From assembly GCA_046582475.1 (NCBI GenBank), contig JAYGEH010000054.1:1-54585 (forward strand): DNA of 54,585 nucleotides, read 5' to 3'. The notes under the pieces are model-generated. The model did not search any database. It worked only from the letters and a program-made list of their open reading frames with translations, and had not been told where the DNA came from. Every line of letters starts with the position of its first letter. Within the stretch, counting starts at the first letter, position 1. A program made the translations under genes and the position numbers. Origin of the DNA: Rhodospirillales bacterium (GTDB taxonomy: Bacteria; Pseudomonadota; Alphaproteobacteria; Rhodospirillales; UBA2165). Below, one piece after another: positions 29,654 to 39,971 of the stretch.

Positions 29654-31228
29654 ATGAACGACAACGCCGACGCCCTTAAACGACCGAAACCGACGGTTCT
29701 CTGCATCCTCGATGGCTGGGGAGAGCGCGACGGCGGCGACGACAACGCCATTTATCACGGCCACACCCCAAACTGGGACCGCATGCGGAGCACCTATCCG
29801 ATGGCGCGGCTGCAAGCCTCGTCCGTCGATGTGGGCCTGCCCGCGGGCCAGATGGGCAATTCCGAGGTGGGCCATATGAACATCGGCGCCGGGCGCGTGG
29901 TGTTGCAGGACTTGCCGCTTATCGACGCCGCCATCGCCGATGGCTCGTTGGCCGGTAACTTGAGCCTCAAAAGCCTGATCGGTGGCTTGGCCGCCAGCGG
30001 CGGCACCTGCCATCTCATGGGCCTGGCGTCCCCGGGCGGCGTCCATTCCCACCAATCCCACCTGATTGCCTTGGCCGGCACCCTGGACGCCCATCGCATC
30101 GAGACACGCTTTCACGCCTTCTTGGATGGCCGCGACGTGCCGCCGTCGAGCGCGCTTGGTTACATAAAAGCCATCGAGACCGCTACTCAAAACCGGGCCG
30201 GCTTTAAAACCGCGACGGTGTGCGGGCGCTATTGGGCCATGGACCGGGACACCAATTGGGACCGGGTTCAGCGCGCCTATGCCATGCTCACCGAAGGCGC
30301 CGGAGAAATATCGGACAGCGCCGCCGCCGCCATCCAGAAGAGTTACGATGCCGGCGTTACCGACGAGTTCGTCGAACCCCGGGTGATCGGAGACTATTCG
30401 GGTATGGCCGACGGCGACGGCATCCTGCTGTTCAATTTCCGCGCCGACCGGGCGCGGGAATTATTAACGTCTCTGGTGGACCCGGACTTCGGTGGCTTCG
30501 CCCGGGGCCGGGTCGTCAAATTCGCGGCGTGCCTCGGCATGACCGAATATTCCAGCGACCTGAATGCATACATGTCCGCCATGTTCGAACAAAGGCCCCT
30601 GAACAATATCCTCGGCCAGGTGGTCTCCGAAGCCGGCTATAAGCAACTGCGCATCGCCGAAACCGAAAAATACGCCCATGTGACATTTTTCCTGAACGGC
30701 GGCGAGGAAGCCCAGTTCGAAGGCGAAGAGCGCATTCTGGTGCCGTCGCCGAAAGTCGCCACCTATGATCTGAAACCGGAAATGTCGGCCGTCGAAGTGA
30801 CCGATAAGCTCATCGAGGCAATCGAAACACGACGTTTCGATCTGATCGTCGTCAACTACGCCAATGGCGATATGGTCGGCCATACCGGCATTTTCGAAGC
30901 GGCCGTCCGAGCCGCCGGGACCATCGATTCCTGCCTCGGCCGCCTGGAAGCGGCGCTTAAAGATGTGGGCGGCGCCATGCTGATCACCGCCGATCATGGC
31001 AACGCAGAACGCATGCATGATCACCAAACCGGTCAGCCCAACACCGCCCATACCCTGTCGCCGGTGCCGGTCCTGCTGGTCAATCCGCCGGACGGCGCCA
31101 GGGCGCTCCACGGCGGCGTCTTGGCCGATATCTCGCCGACCATCCTGCAACTCATGAACCTGCCGCAGCCGCCGGAAATGACCGGGCGCTCGTTGCTGGA
31201 AATGGCGGAAGCGCATGCGCCCGGTTAG
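29654..31228 (+). CDS. gpmI: 2,3-bisphosphoglycerate-independent phosphoglycerate mutase
   Basis: VLCILDGWG, NSEVGHMNIGAGR and ITADHGNAE. The track ORF start at 29555 overlaps rlmH and is unlikely to be real. Confidence 0.95.
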   Translation: MNDNADALKRPKPTVLCILDGWGERDGGDDNAIYHGHTPNWDRMRSTYPMARLQASSVDVGLPAGQMGNSEVGHMNIGAGRVVLQDLPLIDAAIADGSLAGNLSLKSLIGGLAASGGTCHLMGLASPGGVHSHQSHLIALAGTLDAHRIETRFHAFLDGRDVPPSSALGYIKAIETATQNRAGFKTATVCGRYWAMDRDTNWDRVQRAYAMLTEGAGEISDSAAAAIQKSYDAGVTDEFVEPRVIGDYSGMADGDGILLFNFRADRARELLTSLVDPDFGGFARGRVVKFAACLGMTEYSSDLNAYMSAMFEQRPLNNILGQVVSEAGYKQLRIAETEKYAHVTFFLNGGEEAQFEGEERILVPSPKVATYDLKPEMSAVEVTDKLIEAIETRRFDLIVVNYANGDMVGHTGIFEAAVRAAGTIDSCLGRLEAALKDVGGAMLITADHGNAERMHDHQTGQPNTAHTLSPVPVLLVNPPDGARALHGGVLADISPTILQLMNLPQPPEMTGRSLLEMAEAHAPG

Positions 31229-32492
31229 CGCCGCCTTCCTTGCACTTTTCCTTCCGTCGCTATTAAGCGGGCCGGCCCACGCCGCCGAGAAACTGACCGC
31301 CGAGAAGCCGCCCGGCGAGATCGGGCGCCGCCTGAAGGATGTGGAAAAGGCCATCGACCAGGGCAAGAGAAAATCCCAGGCGCTGGAGAGACAGGCCAAC
31401 GCGCTGCGCCGGAAGCTGACCGGGGTTAATCGCAAGAAAGTCGCGCTGGCCCAGGATATCCAGGGTCTGGAATCGGAAATGAACGATCTGGAACGGGAAA
31501 TCGCCGAACTCAACGGCGCCGAGGACGAAAAGAAATATCTGCTGGCTTCCCGGCGCCGCCAGTTCGCCCAGCTGCTGGCCGCCCTGCAAAGATTGTCGCG
31601 GCTGCCGCCGGAAGCGGTCATCGCCTATCCGGACCGGCCCGCCAATCTGGTGCGCGCGGCGATCCTGCTGCGCACCACGTTGCCCCGGATCGAGGGCCAG
31701 GCAGCGCGACTTCGCGAAGATTTGATCGCCCTCGACGTGACTCGTGACCAGATCGCCGAGCAGCGTGCAAAACTGGCCGCCGCCGCCGCCCGCATCGACG
31801 ATTACCGGGGCGATCTGGAAAAGGCTTTTCTGGAAACCAAGGCCGCCCGGCGCGATACCCTGGCCGCCCGCCAAGTGGAAGCAAACAGGCTTAAGCGGCT
31901 GACCGAAGAAGCGGGAAGCCTCCGGGACCTGTTCGAAACGCTGGAAACGGAGCGCAAAAAACGCCAGGCGTTTCGCAAAAAAACCAAGGAAAAACAAAAG
32001 CTTAAGGCGATTCAACGCCATCGCCCCCTGAGCCTGGATCCGAAAAGCCGGGTGGCCGCTATTGCGTCATTTGAAATCCGGCCCATATCTAAAGCGCGCG
32101 GAACGCTGAATTTTCCGGCGGTGGGCAGCGTCAAGGAACGCTATGGTGCTAAGGTGCGGAAAGGCATTTGGCGGAAAGGCATCGTCGTTGCGACCCGCGC
32201 CAACGCCCAGGTGGTGGCGCCCTATGACGGCAAGGTTGTCTTCGCCGGACCGTTCCGCGGATACGGGCTGCTCTTGATAATCGAACACAGCGAGGGTTAT
32301 CATAGTCTTCTGTCCGGCTTGGCGCGTATCGACGCCATCATCGGGCAATCACTTCTATCTGGCGAACCGGTCGGTAAGATGGGTAGTTTTGGTGCCGGGC
32401 GCGAACAACTTTATGTCGAGTTAAGGCAGAATGGAACGCCGATCGATCCCATGCCGTGGATGACGGCACAAAAAGGTAAGGTAAAGAGATGA
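31215..32492 (+). CDS. envC: EnvC-like murein hydrolase activator (coiled coil plus degenerate LytM/M23 domain)
   Basis: Signal peptide, a long heptad-rich region, and the C-terminal GIVVATRANAQVVAPYDGKVVFAGPFRGYGLLLIIEH. Confidence 0.8.
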   Translation: MRPVSAAFLALFLPSLLSGPAHAAEKLTAEKPPGEIGRRLKDVEKAIDQGKRKSQALERQANALRRKLTGVNRKKVALAQDIQGLESEMNDLEREIAELNGAEDEKKYLLASRRRQFAQLLAALQRLSRLPPEAVIAYPDRPANLVRAAILLRTTLPRIEGQAARLREDLIALDVTRDQIAEQRAKLAAAAARIDDYRGDLEKAFLETKAARRDTLAARQVEANRLKRLTEEAGSLRDLFETLETERKKRQAFRKKTKEKQKLKAIQRHRPLSLDPKSRVAAIASFEIRPISKARGTLNFPAVGSVKERYGAKVRKGIWRKGIVVATRANAQVVAPYDGKVVFAGPFRGYGLLLIIEHSEGYHSLLSGLARIDAIIGQSLLSGEPVGKMGSFGAGREQLYVELRQNGTPIDPMPWMTAQKGKVKR

Positions 32493-33784
32493 AAAAATCG
32501 ATTTTGACATTGGCGGTTGCCGCCGCGTTTCTGTTGACCATCCCGGCCGCCGGCGCCGCCGAAAAGAAAAAAGAAGCCGACACCTACCGGCTGCTCAACC
32601 TGTTCGGCGACGTGTTCGAGCGGGTGCGCTCCTCCTATGTGGAAGAGGTGACCGACGAGCAGCTCATCGAAGCCGCCATTACCGGCATGCTGACCTCCCT
32701 CGATCCCCACTCCAGCTTCCTGAATGCCAAGAGCTTCAAGGACATGCAGGTCCAGACGCGCGGCAAATTCGGCGGCCTCGGTATCGAAGTCACCATGGAG
32801 AACGGTTTGATCAAGGTGGTCTCGCCCATCGACGATACGCCGGCGCACCGTTCCGGGCTACAGCCCGGCGACCTTATCACCCATCTGGATGGCAAGCGGG
32901 TACTCGGCCTTACCTTGGCGCAATCGGTCGAAATCATGCGCGGCAAGGTTGGCACCGACATAAAATTAACCGTCCGCCGCCTTAATAAGCCGGCATTCGA
33001 TGTCACCATCACGCGCGCCATCATCCCTCTTCGCACGGTGCGCTCCAGGCTTGAAGGCGATATCATCTATGTGCGTATTTCCTCGTTCAGCCAGCCGACC
33101 AATGACGGCTTGAAGCGGGCCATGGAAAAGATGCGTAAGAAAGCCGGCGATAAATTCAAGGGCGTGGTGCTTGATCTGCGCAACAATCCGGGCGGGCTTC
33201 TGGATCAGGCGGTGGCCGTATCGGACGCCTTTCTCGACCGCGGCGAAATTGTCTCGACGCGCCCGCGCAACAAGGAAAACCACCAGCGCTTCAACGCCAA
33301 GCCGGGCGACCTGGCGGATGGCAAGCCGTTGGTTGTGCTGATAAATGGCGGCTCGGCCAGCGCCTCGGAAATCGTCGCCGGCGCCTTGCAGGACCACAAA
33401 CGGGCCATCATCCTCGGCGCGCAATCCTTCGGCAAGGGCTCGGTGCAAACCATTCTGCCGCTGGGACCCCACGGCGCCATGCGTCTGACCACGGCGCTCT
33501 ATTTTACGCCGTCGGGCAAGTCCATCCAGAAGGTCGGCATCACGCCCGATATCGAGGTTCAGCAGGCGCGCATCGAAACGATACCAACCAACCGCCGGCA
33601 AAGCCGTGAATCGGATTTGCGCGGCGCCCTCGACCAGCGTAACAAAAACGGCGCCGGCAAATTGGATAACAAGACCGATCCCGGCAAGGAGGCGGCCGCG
33701 ACCCCACCCCAGGATTTCCAACTGCAACGGGCCTTGGATTTGCTGCGCGGCATTGATCTTTTCACCAAGCGGTTAAAAGGCTAA
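32489..33784 (+). CDS. ctpA: Carboxy-terminal processing protease (S41)
   Basis: PDZ region GGLGIEV...GDLI. S41 core DLRNNPGG...LINGGSASASEIVAGALQD...GKGSVQT. Confidence 0.9.
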   Translation: MKKSILTLAVAAAFLLTIPAAGAAEKKKEADTYRLLNLFGDVFERVRSSYVEEVTDEQLIEAAITGMLTSLDPHSSFLNAKSFKDMQVQTRGKFGGLGIEVTMENGLIKVVSPIDDTPAHRSGLQPGDLITHLDGKRVLGLTLAQSVEIMRGKVGTDIKLTVRRLNKPAFDVTITRAIIPLRTVRSRLEGDIIYVRISSFSQPTNDGLKRAMEKMRKKAGDKFKGVVLDLRNNPGGLLDQAVAVSDAFLDRGEIVSTRPRNKENHQRFNAKPGDLADGKPLVVLINGGSASASEIVAGALQDHKRAIILGAQSFGKGSVQTILPLGPHGAMRLTTALYFTPSGKSIQKVGITPDIEVQQARIETIPTNRRQSRESDLRGALDQRNKNGAGKLDNKTDPGKEAAATPPQDFQLQRALDLLRGIDLFTKRLKG

Positions 33785-33799
33785 TTCGGATCAGCACCG

Positions 33800-35371
33800 A
33801 TGGCGGATGACGAGGCCGACGACGAGCCCCTGGACGGCGACGAATTAGACGACGACGGCGGCGGCGAACCGGACTCCGATGACGACGACGACTTCGGCGA
33901 CGATGACGACGACGATGGCGATGACGGCGATGACGGCGGCGATGACGATGACTTCGGCGACGATGACTTCGGCGGCGATTTCGACGATGACGAAGACGAC
34001 GACGAAGGCGGCGGCGGTTCGGGCAAGAAGAAAGTAATCATCATCGGCGCGGCGGCCTTCGTTGTGATTGCCGGGGCGGCCGGCGGCACGCTGATGCTAC
34101 TCGGCGGCGGCGAGAGCGAAACCGAACATGCCAGGGCCGCGGATCCGAATATTCCCGTGGTCACCATGGCCATTCCACCCAAGCGGCGGATGAAAATTCT
34201 CGACGAAAGCACGTCCGGCGGTGCGCCGCGCGCGCGGCCGAAATTTGGCGCCGGCAAAAGCGCTGCACCCAAAAAACTTAAAGCCGGTGCGAGCCGGAAA
34301 CCCGCCCTGACCCCGCCGCCGGCGGAAGGTAAAAAGATGGCCGCACCGGCACCGGCGGCGGCCGCGCGAACGGCGGCCGCCGGCCTGGGCGCCGCCGAGG
34401 CACCCCGGGAACCGTCCAAGCCGGCGGCCACTGGTGCCCGGCGCACACCGGGCAAGGGTGTGATCACGCCGTCGGTCACCGCCGTCGCCTTTCGCGGCAT
34501 CCCATTGCAGCCACGGGGCAAAGCCCTGAGCGGCGTCAATACGGAAATGATCGAATCCACCGAAGCCGGGTTGTTGCCGCGCAAGACAGCGAGCGGCGGC
34601 GGCCCCTGGATGGAATATGCGCGCCCGTTCAACAAGGACCTCAAACGCCCGCGCATTGCGATAATATTACGGGGCATCGGGCTGAGCCGCGCCGCCACCC
34701 TTGCCGCTATCAATCAATTACCCGGCGGCATCACCCTGGCCTTCAGCCCCTACACCGCCAATCTCGGCGATTGGATGGGGATGGCGCGCTCATCGGGGCA
34801 CGAAACGCTGATCGATCTGCCCATGGAACCCAACGATTTTCCGGTTTCCGATCCTGGCCCGCTAGCCATGCTGACCGAGTTGGAGGCAGCCGACAACATT
34901 AAACGCCTGCAACGCCTGTTGGGGCTGGCGCCGGGTTTCGTCGGCGTCTTTCAGGTCATGGGTTCGAAATTCGCCGCCTCCGAGGAATCCCTGACACCGG
35001 TCTTGAGCGAATTGCAAAAACGCGGCCTGCTCTATGTGGATAACGGCATACCCGAGGGCGGGCTTAGTATCAAAGTCGCCAAATCCCTGGCCTTGCCCCG
35101 GACCAGCATCGCCTTCGTGCTCGACACCGTCGCCTCCGCCGCCGCCATCAACGGCCGCTTGACGCAACTGGAAAAGCGCGCGCGCAACAGAAAAACCGCG
35201 GTCGGCGTCGCCGAACCCTATCCGGTCACCATCCGGCGCTTGGCCGAATGGGCTAAATCACTGGACTTCAAGGAACTGACCTTGGCGCCGGTGTCCGCCG
35301 TGGTGCGCATCGATGGCCCGGTAAAAAAACCAAGCGCGGAATCTGGCGCGGAACCGGAGGCCAAGAAATGA
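33800..35371 (+). CDS. Divergent polysaccharide deacetylase (YibQ-like) with an extremely acidic N-terminal tail and one TM segment
   Basis: About 75 aa consist almost only of D/E/G. A TM segment follows (VIIIGAAAFVVIAGAAGGTLMLL), then an A/P-rich linker and a C-terminal domain IAIILRGIGLS...HETLIDLPMEP... Confidence 0.7.
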   Translation: MADDEADDEPLDGDELDDDGGGEPDSDDDDDFGDDDDDDGDDGDDGGDDDDFGDDDFGGDFDDDEDDDEGGGGSGKKKVIIIGAAAFVVIAGAAGGTLMLLGGGESETEHARAADPNIPVVTMAIPPKRRMKILDESTSGGAPRARPKFGAGKSAAPKKLKAGASRKPALTPPPAEGKKMAAPAPAAAARTAAAGLGAAEAPREPSKPAATGARRTPGKGVITPSVTAVAFRGIPLQPRGKALSGVNTEMIESTEAGLLPRKTASGGGPWMEYARPFNKDLKRPRIAIILRGIGLSRAATLAAINQLPGGITLAFSPYTANLGDWMGMARSSGHETLIDLPMEPNDFPVSDPGPLAMLTELEAADNIKRLQRLLGLAPGFVGVFQVMGSKFAASEESLTPVLSELQKRGLLYVDNGIPEGGLSIKVAKSLALPRTSIAFVLDTVASAAAINGRLTQLEKRARNRKTAVGVAEPYPVTIRRLAEWAKSLDFKELTLAPVSAVVRIDGPVKKPSAESGAEPEAKK

Positions 35372-35397
35372 CGCGGAGCGGCATCCCGGTATAGCCC

Positions 35398-35889
35398 ATG
35401 GTCATGGCTCAAGTTTCAGACCTGCCCTACCGGCCCTGCGTTGGCATCTTCCTGATCAACGACGCCGCCAAGATATTGGTGGGGCGGCGCATCGGCGCCG
35501 AGGCCGACGCCTGGCAAATGCCCCAAGGCGGCATCGATGCCGGCGAGGCGCCCGCCGACGCGGCCCTGCGCGAGCTTGAAGAAGAGACCGGCACCGGCAA
35601 CGCCCGCATCATTGGCGAGGCCGCCGGCTGGTTGCGCTACGATCTGCCCGGCGATCTAATCGGCAAGGTCTGGCAAGGAAGGTACCGGGGGCAAAGCCAA
35701 AAATGGTTTGCCTTGCGCTTTTTGGGCAGCGATGACGAAATCGACCCGGCCGCCGTCGCCAACCCGGAATTCGACGGCTGGCAATGGATGGCCGCCGGTG
35801 ATCTGGTGGCCAACGTGGTGGCCTTCAAGCGCGAAATATACGCCAGGATCGTAACGGAATTTGCGCCGCTTTTAGCGAACTTGGATTAG
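35398..35889 (+). CDS. rppH: RNA pyrophosphohydrolase (Nudix)
   Basis: YRPCVGIFLIN...WQMPQGGIDAGEAPADAALRELEEETG (Nudix box). Confidence 0.9.
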   Translation: MVMAQVSDLPYRPCVGIFLINDAAKILVGRRIGAEADAWQMPQGGIDAGEAPADAALRELEEETGTGNARIIGEAAGWLRYDLPGDLIGKVWQGRYRGQSQKWFALRFLGSDDEIDPAAVANPEFDGWQWMAAGDLVANVVAFKREIYARIVTEFAPLLANLD

Positions 35890-36184
35890 CCTTGGAGAAA
35901 TCGGATTACCGGTAAAATGTCGTTATTTATTAAAAAATTAGGCGGTCTCGCAGCCGGGAATTTATGGGAAAATTTGTTGTGATAGACGGTTTGCGGGCCT
36001 ACACAGTGTGTGTTATGAGTTTTGGAGTTTCAGCCACAAAATCTGGAGCTGAATTTTTAGAGAATTTCCGAAATAACCGTAGCGGATATTGCCGCGCGCC
36101 AAGCATGAAATCTTGGCAAGGAATTTTACATTCAGGTCCTATCTGATCAAACCCGGAGAAAACCTGAGCGAGGAGTGTGCGAGA

Positions 36185-38059
36185 ATGGAGGGCAGTCAGG
36201 CAGCCCAGTTGAGTAAAGTAAAGCGCGAGGAAGTCGAGGATGTGGTGATCCGCTTTGCCGGCGATTCCGGCGACGGCATCCAGATCACCGGCAGTCAGTT
36301 TACCCTGACCACGGCGCTTGCCGGGAACGATTTGGCGACCTTTCCCGATTTCCCGGCCGAAATCCGGGCGCCCGCCGGCACCACTTTCGGCGTCTCGGCC
36401 TTTCAAATTCATTTCGGATCCCGCGACATAAAGACCGCCGGCGATGCCCCCGACGTTCTGGTGGCGTTGAACCCGGCGGCGTTGAAAGTCAATCTGGATG
36501 ATCTGGTTCCGGGCGGCATGATCATCGCCGATACCGGTGCCTTCACCGACCGCAATCTCAAAAAAGCCGGCTTTGACGCCAACCCCTTCGACGATGGCTC
36601 CCTGGATGGCTATCAGGTGATCGCCGTCGATATCACCGCCCTCACCCTGGAAGCGGTCAAGCCGCACGGCCTGTCGCAAAAAGAAGCCGCGCGCTGCAAG
36701 AATATGTGGTCCTTAGGGCTGGTCTATTGGATCTATGACCGCGACCGCGATCCCTCGGCGGCGTGGCTCAACCGGCGCTTTGCCGCGCGCCAGGAAATCG
36801 CCGAATCCAACATCGCCGCCATCAATGCCGGCCATGCCTACGGCGAAACCATGGAGGTGTCGGCGGGCAATGCGCATGCCTTTTCGGTGGCGCCGGCCAA
36901 GATCGAGCCTGGGCTCTACCGCACCGTGACTGGGATCGAGGCCTTGTCCTGGGGCATCATCGCCGGCGCCAGCTTTGCCGGGCTCAGGACCACATTCGCC
37001 GGCTATCCCATCACCCCGGCCTCGGCGATCCTGCATACCCTTTCCAAGCTGAAGCAGTTCGATGTGACCACCTTCCAGGCCGAAGATGAAATCGCCGCCG
37101 TCGGCGCCGCGATCGGCGCGGCTTATGCCGGAAATTTGGGCGTGACCGCTTCGTCGGGCCCCGGCATCGCCTTGAAGATGGAGGCGATCGGGCTGGCCAT
37201 TTCGGTGGAATTGCCGTTGGTGATCCTCAACGTGCAGCGCGCCGGCCCGTCCACCGGCCTGCCGACCAAGACCGAACAATCGGATCTTTATCAGGCCGTC
37301 TATGGCCGCAACGCCGATTCTCCGCTGGTGGTGCTGGCGGCGCGCTCGCCATCGGACAGTTTCGAAGTCGCCATCGAAGCCGTGCGGCTGGCGATCCAGT
37401 TCATGACCCCGGTCATGCTGCTCGCCGACGGCTACATCGCCAACGCCTCGGAGCCTTGGAAAATTCCGGATGTGGACGCCTACGAGAAGTTTCCGGTCAC
37501 CTTCCACACCGATGCGGAAGGCTTTCACCCGTTCCTGCGCGATGAAGAAACCATGGCGCGGGCCTGGGCGATACCGGGCACGCCGGGGCTCGAACACCGG
37601 ATCGGCGGCATCGAGAAATCATCCACCACCGGCAATATTTCCTACGATGCCGAAAACCATCAGGTGATGACCGATCTACGCAAGAATAAAATCGACGGCA
37701 TCGCCAAATTCATTCCCGACCAGGAAGTGGCGCTGGGCGACGACAAGGGCGGCATCGCCGTTGTCGGCTGGGGCTCGACCTACGGTCCGATCAACCGGGC
37801 GGTTCAATTGTTGCGCGCCGAGAAAGCCAAAGTGTCGCACATCCACTTGCGCCATATCTGGCCGCTGCCGCCTAACCTTGGCGATCTTTTGAACGGCTAT
37901 GATCAAATTCTGGTGCCGGAATTGAACACCGGCCAATTGAAAACGGTATTGCGCGACCAGTACCTGGTTCCGGCCGAGGGCCTGAGCAAGGTATCGGGCA
38001 TGCCGTTCAAGGTCACCGAAATTGAAACCGCCATCCGTGACCGCTTGGAGACAAAATAA
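36185..38059 (+). CDS. korA: 2-oxoacid:ferredoxin/acceptor oxidoreductase subunit alpha
   Basis: VIRFAGDSGDGIQITG marks the gamma-type domain, fused to the alpha domain (GYPITPAS...). ATG at 36185. Confidence 0.9.
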   Translation: MEGSQAAQLSKVKREEVEDVVIRFAGDSGDGIQITGSQFTLTTALAGNDLATFPDFPAEIRAPAGTTFGVSAFQIHFGSRDIKTAGDAPDVLVALNPAALKVNLDDLVPGGMIIADTGAFTDRNLKKAGFDANPFDDGSLDGYQVIAVDITALTLEAVKPHGLSQKEAARCKNMWSLGLVYWIYDRDRDPSAAWLNRRFAARQEIAESNIAAINAGHAYGETMEVSAGNAHAFSVAPAKIEPGLYRTVTGIEALSWGIIAGASFAGLRTTFAGYPITPASAILHTLSKLKQFDVTTFQAEDEIAAVGAAIGAAYAGNLGVTASSGPGIALKMEAIGLAISVELPLVILNVQRAGPSTGLPTKTEQSDLYQAVYGRNADSPLVVLAARSPSDSFEVAIEAVRLAIQFMTPVMLLADGYIANASEPWKIPDVDAYEKFPVTFHTDAEGFHPFLRDEETMARAWAIPGTPGLEHRIGGIEKSSTTGNISYDAENHQVMTDLRKNKIDGIAKFIPDQEVALGDDKGGIAVVGWGSTYGPINRAVQLLRAEKAKVSHIHLRHIWPLPPNLGDLLNGYDQILVPELNTGQLKTVLRDQYLVPAEGLSKVSGMPFKVTEIETAIRDRLETK

Positions 38060-39084
38060 TGAACGTGACCACGCGGCCTGAAAAATTGACCACCAAGGAT
38101 TATGCGTCCGATCAGGAAGTACGCTGGTGTCCCGGCTGCGGCGATTACGCCATCGTCCGCGCCATGCAGACGGCGCTGGCCGAGATGCAGGCGCCGCCGG
38201 AAAAAACCGTTTTTATTTCCGGCATCGGCTGCGCCGCGCGTTTTCCCTATTACATGGCCACCTATGGCTTCCACACCATTCATGGCCGCGCCGCGGCGAT
38301 CGCAACCGGCACCAAGATCGCCAATCCGGAGCTTGATATCTGGGTCATTTCCGGCGATGGCGATTCGCTCTCCATCGGCGGCAACCATCTGATGCATGTT
38401 TTGCGGCGCAACGTCGATCTGCAATATATCCTGTTCAATAATGAAATATACGGATTGACCAAGGGCCAATATTCGCCGACCTCGCGCATCGGCACCCGCT
38501 CCCCCTCGACGCCGGCGGGGTCCATCGACGCGCCGGTTTCGCCGACCGAATTCGCCATCGGCTGCGGCGCCCGGTTCGTGGCCCGCGGCATCGATTCGCA
38601 GCTAAAGCAACTGCCAAAGCTGTTTGTGCGCGCCAAAGAGCATAAGGGCGCTTCGTTTGTCGAAGTGTTACAGAACTGCATTGTATACGCCGATGGCATC
38701 TTCGCCGAATTCACCCAAAAATCCATGGTCGAAGAAAAACAAATCGCCGTCGAGCATGGCAAACCGCTTTTGTTCGGTAAGGACGGCAACAAGGGCATCC
38801 GCCTCAAGCCCGGGCGCATGGAGATCGAAGTGGTGACCGTCGGCGCCGGCGGCATCGAGGAAAAAGACATCCTGGTGCATGACGAAACCAACAAGATGAT
38901 GGCGCATTTGCTGGCGTCCATGGAATCGCCGGAATTTCCGGTGGCGGTCGGTGTGCTCTATTGCGAGCCGGGGCCGACCTATGACGAAGGCCTCTATCAT
39001 CAGCTCGACGAAGCCATCGCCGCCCAGCCGGAGGCGAGCCTCAACGATCTGTTGCGCGCCGGATCAACCTGGACGGTCAAATAA
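38059..39084 (+). CDS. korB: 2-oxoacid:ferredoxin/acceptor oxidoreductase subunit beta
   Basis: VRWCPGCGDYAI...GIGCAARF...SGDGDSLSIGGNH (TPP binding). TAATG overlap with korA. Confidence 0.9.
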   Translation: MNVTTRPEKLTTKDYASDQEVRWCPGCGDYAIVRAMQTALAEMQAPPEKTVFISGIGCAARFPYYMATYGFHTIHGRAAAIATGTKIANPELDIWVISGDGDSLSIGGNHLMHVLRRNVDLQYILFNNEIYGLTKGQYSPTSRIGTRSPSTPAGSIDAPVSPTEFAIGCGARFVARGIDSQLKQLPKLFVRAKEHKGASFVEVLQNCIVYADGIFAEFTQKSMVEEKQIAVEHGKPLLFGKDGNKGIRLKPGRMEIEVVTVGAGGIEEKDILVHDETNKMMAHLLASMESPEFPVAVGVLYCEPGPTYDEGLYHQLDEAIAAQPEASLNDLLRAGSTWTVK

Positions 39085-39128
39085 ACGGCCAACCGATTCC
39101 GGCGCGCCGGTAAAGCGGGGACGCGCCT

Positions 39129-39971
39129 ATGCCCAGATTTAACCGTCAATTTGGCGCGCCGATTGTGCTGCTTGCGCACCTCGTGGCGGCGATCGCGGTG
39201 TGGCCGGCGGCGGCGGCGGGGGCCGCGGAAGCAACCTCCGGCCTGCAACTCGGCGACGAGTTCAGGGACTGCCCGCTCTGTCCTGAAATGGTCGTCATCC
39301 CCGCCGGAAAATTCATCATGGGCTCGAAATACGGGCGCAAGCGGGAATTGCCGCTGCACCGGGTGCGGATTCCCAAATCCCTGGCGTTCGGGCGCTTTGA
39401 GGTTACTTTCGATGAATTCGATGCCTGCCACGCGGCGGGCGGATGCAAGAAAAAACCGTTCGATAGGGGTTGGGGGCGCGGCAAGCGGCCGGTGATGAAT
39501 GTGCTGATCGGCGATATCGAAGAATATGTAGCCTGGATCAACAAAATGACCGGCGCCCGTTATCGCCTGCCGTCCGAAGCGGAATGGGAATACGCGGCCC
39601 GCGCCGGCACCAGTTCCGGCTATTGGTGGGGCGATCAAATGCGCTCCGGCGCCGCCAATTGCCGGAATTGCGGTTCTAAGTGGAGCGGTAGAAAAACCGC
39701 GCCGGTGGGCAAGTTCGAGCCCAACCCCTGGGGCCTCTACGATATGCACGGTAACGTGCTCGAAATTACCTCCGATTGCTGGAACACATCCCATTTCAAC
39801 GCTCCTGGCGACGGATCGGAACGCGGCGACGGCGATTGCAAAAGCCGGGTGATCAAGAGTGGCGCCTGGTATTATCTGCCCAAGGTGTCGCGCTCGGCAT
39901 CCCGCGTCCGCAACGATGTCCGCATCATCAGCTATTTCATCGGCTTCCGGCTGGTGCGGGAAATGGACTAG
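39129..39971 (+). CDS. Formylglycine-generating enzyme (SUMF1/FGE-sulfatase domain) family protein, secreted
   Basis: Signal peptide, YRLPSEAEWEYAARAG and DMHGNVLEITSDCW. The stop TAG (39969-39971) lies inside the MITE-A terminal CTAG. Confidence 0.85.
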   Translation: MPRFNRQFGAPIVLLAHLVAAIAVWPAAAAGAAEATSGLQLGDEFRDCPLCPEMVVIPAGKFIMGSKYGRKRELPLHRVRIPKSLAFGRFEVTFDEFDACHAAGGCKKKPFDRGWGRGKRPVMNVLIGDIEEYVAWINKMTGARYRLPSEAEWEYAARAGTSSGYWWGDQMRSGAANCRNCGSKWSGRKTAPVGKFEPNPWGLYDMHGNVLEITSDCWNTSHFNAPGDGSERGDGDCKSRVIKSGAWYYLPKVSRSASRVRNDVRIISYFIGFRLVREMD

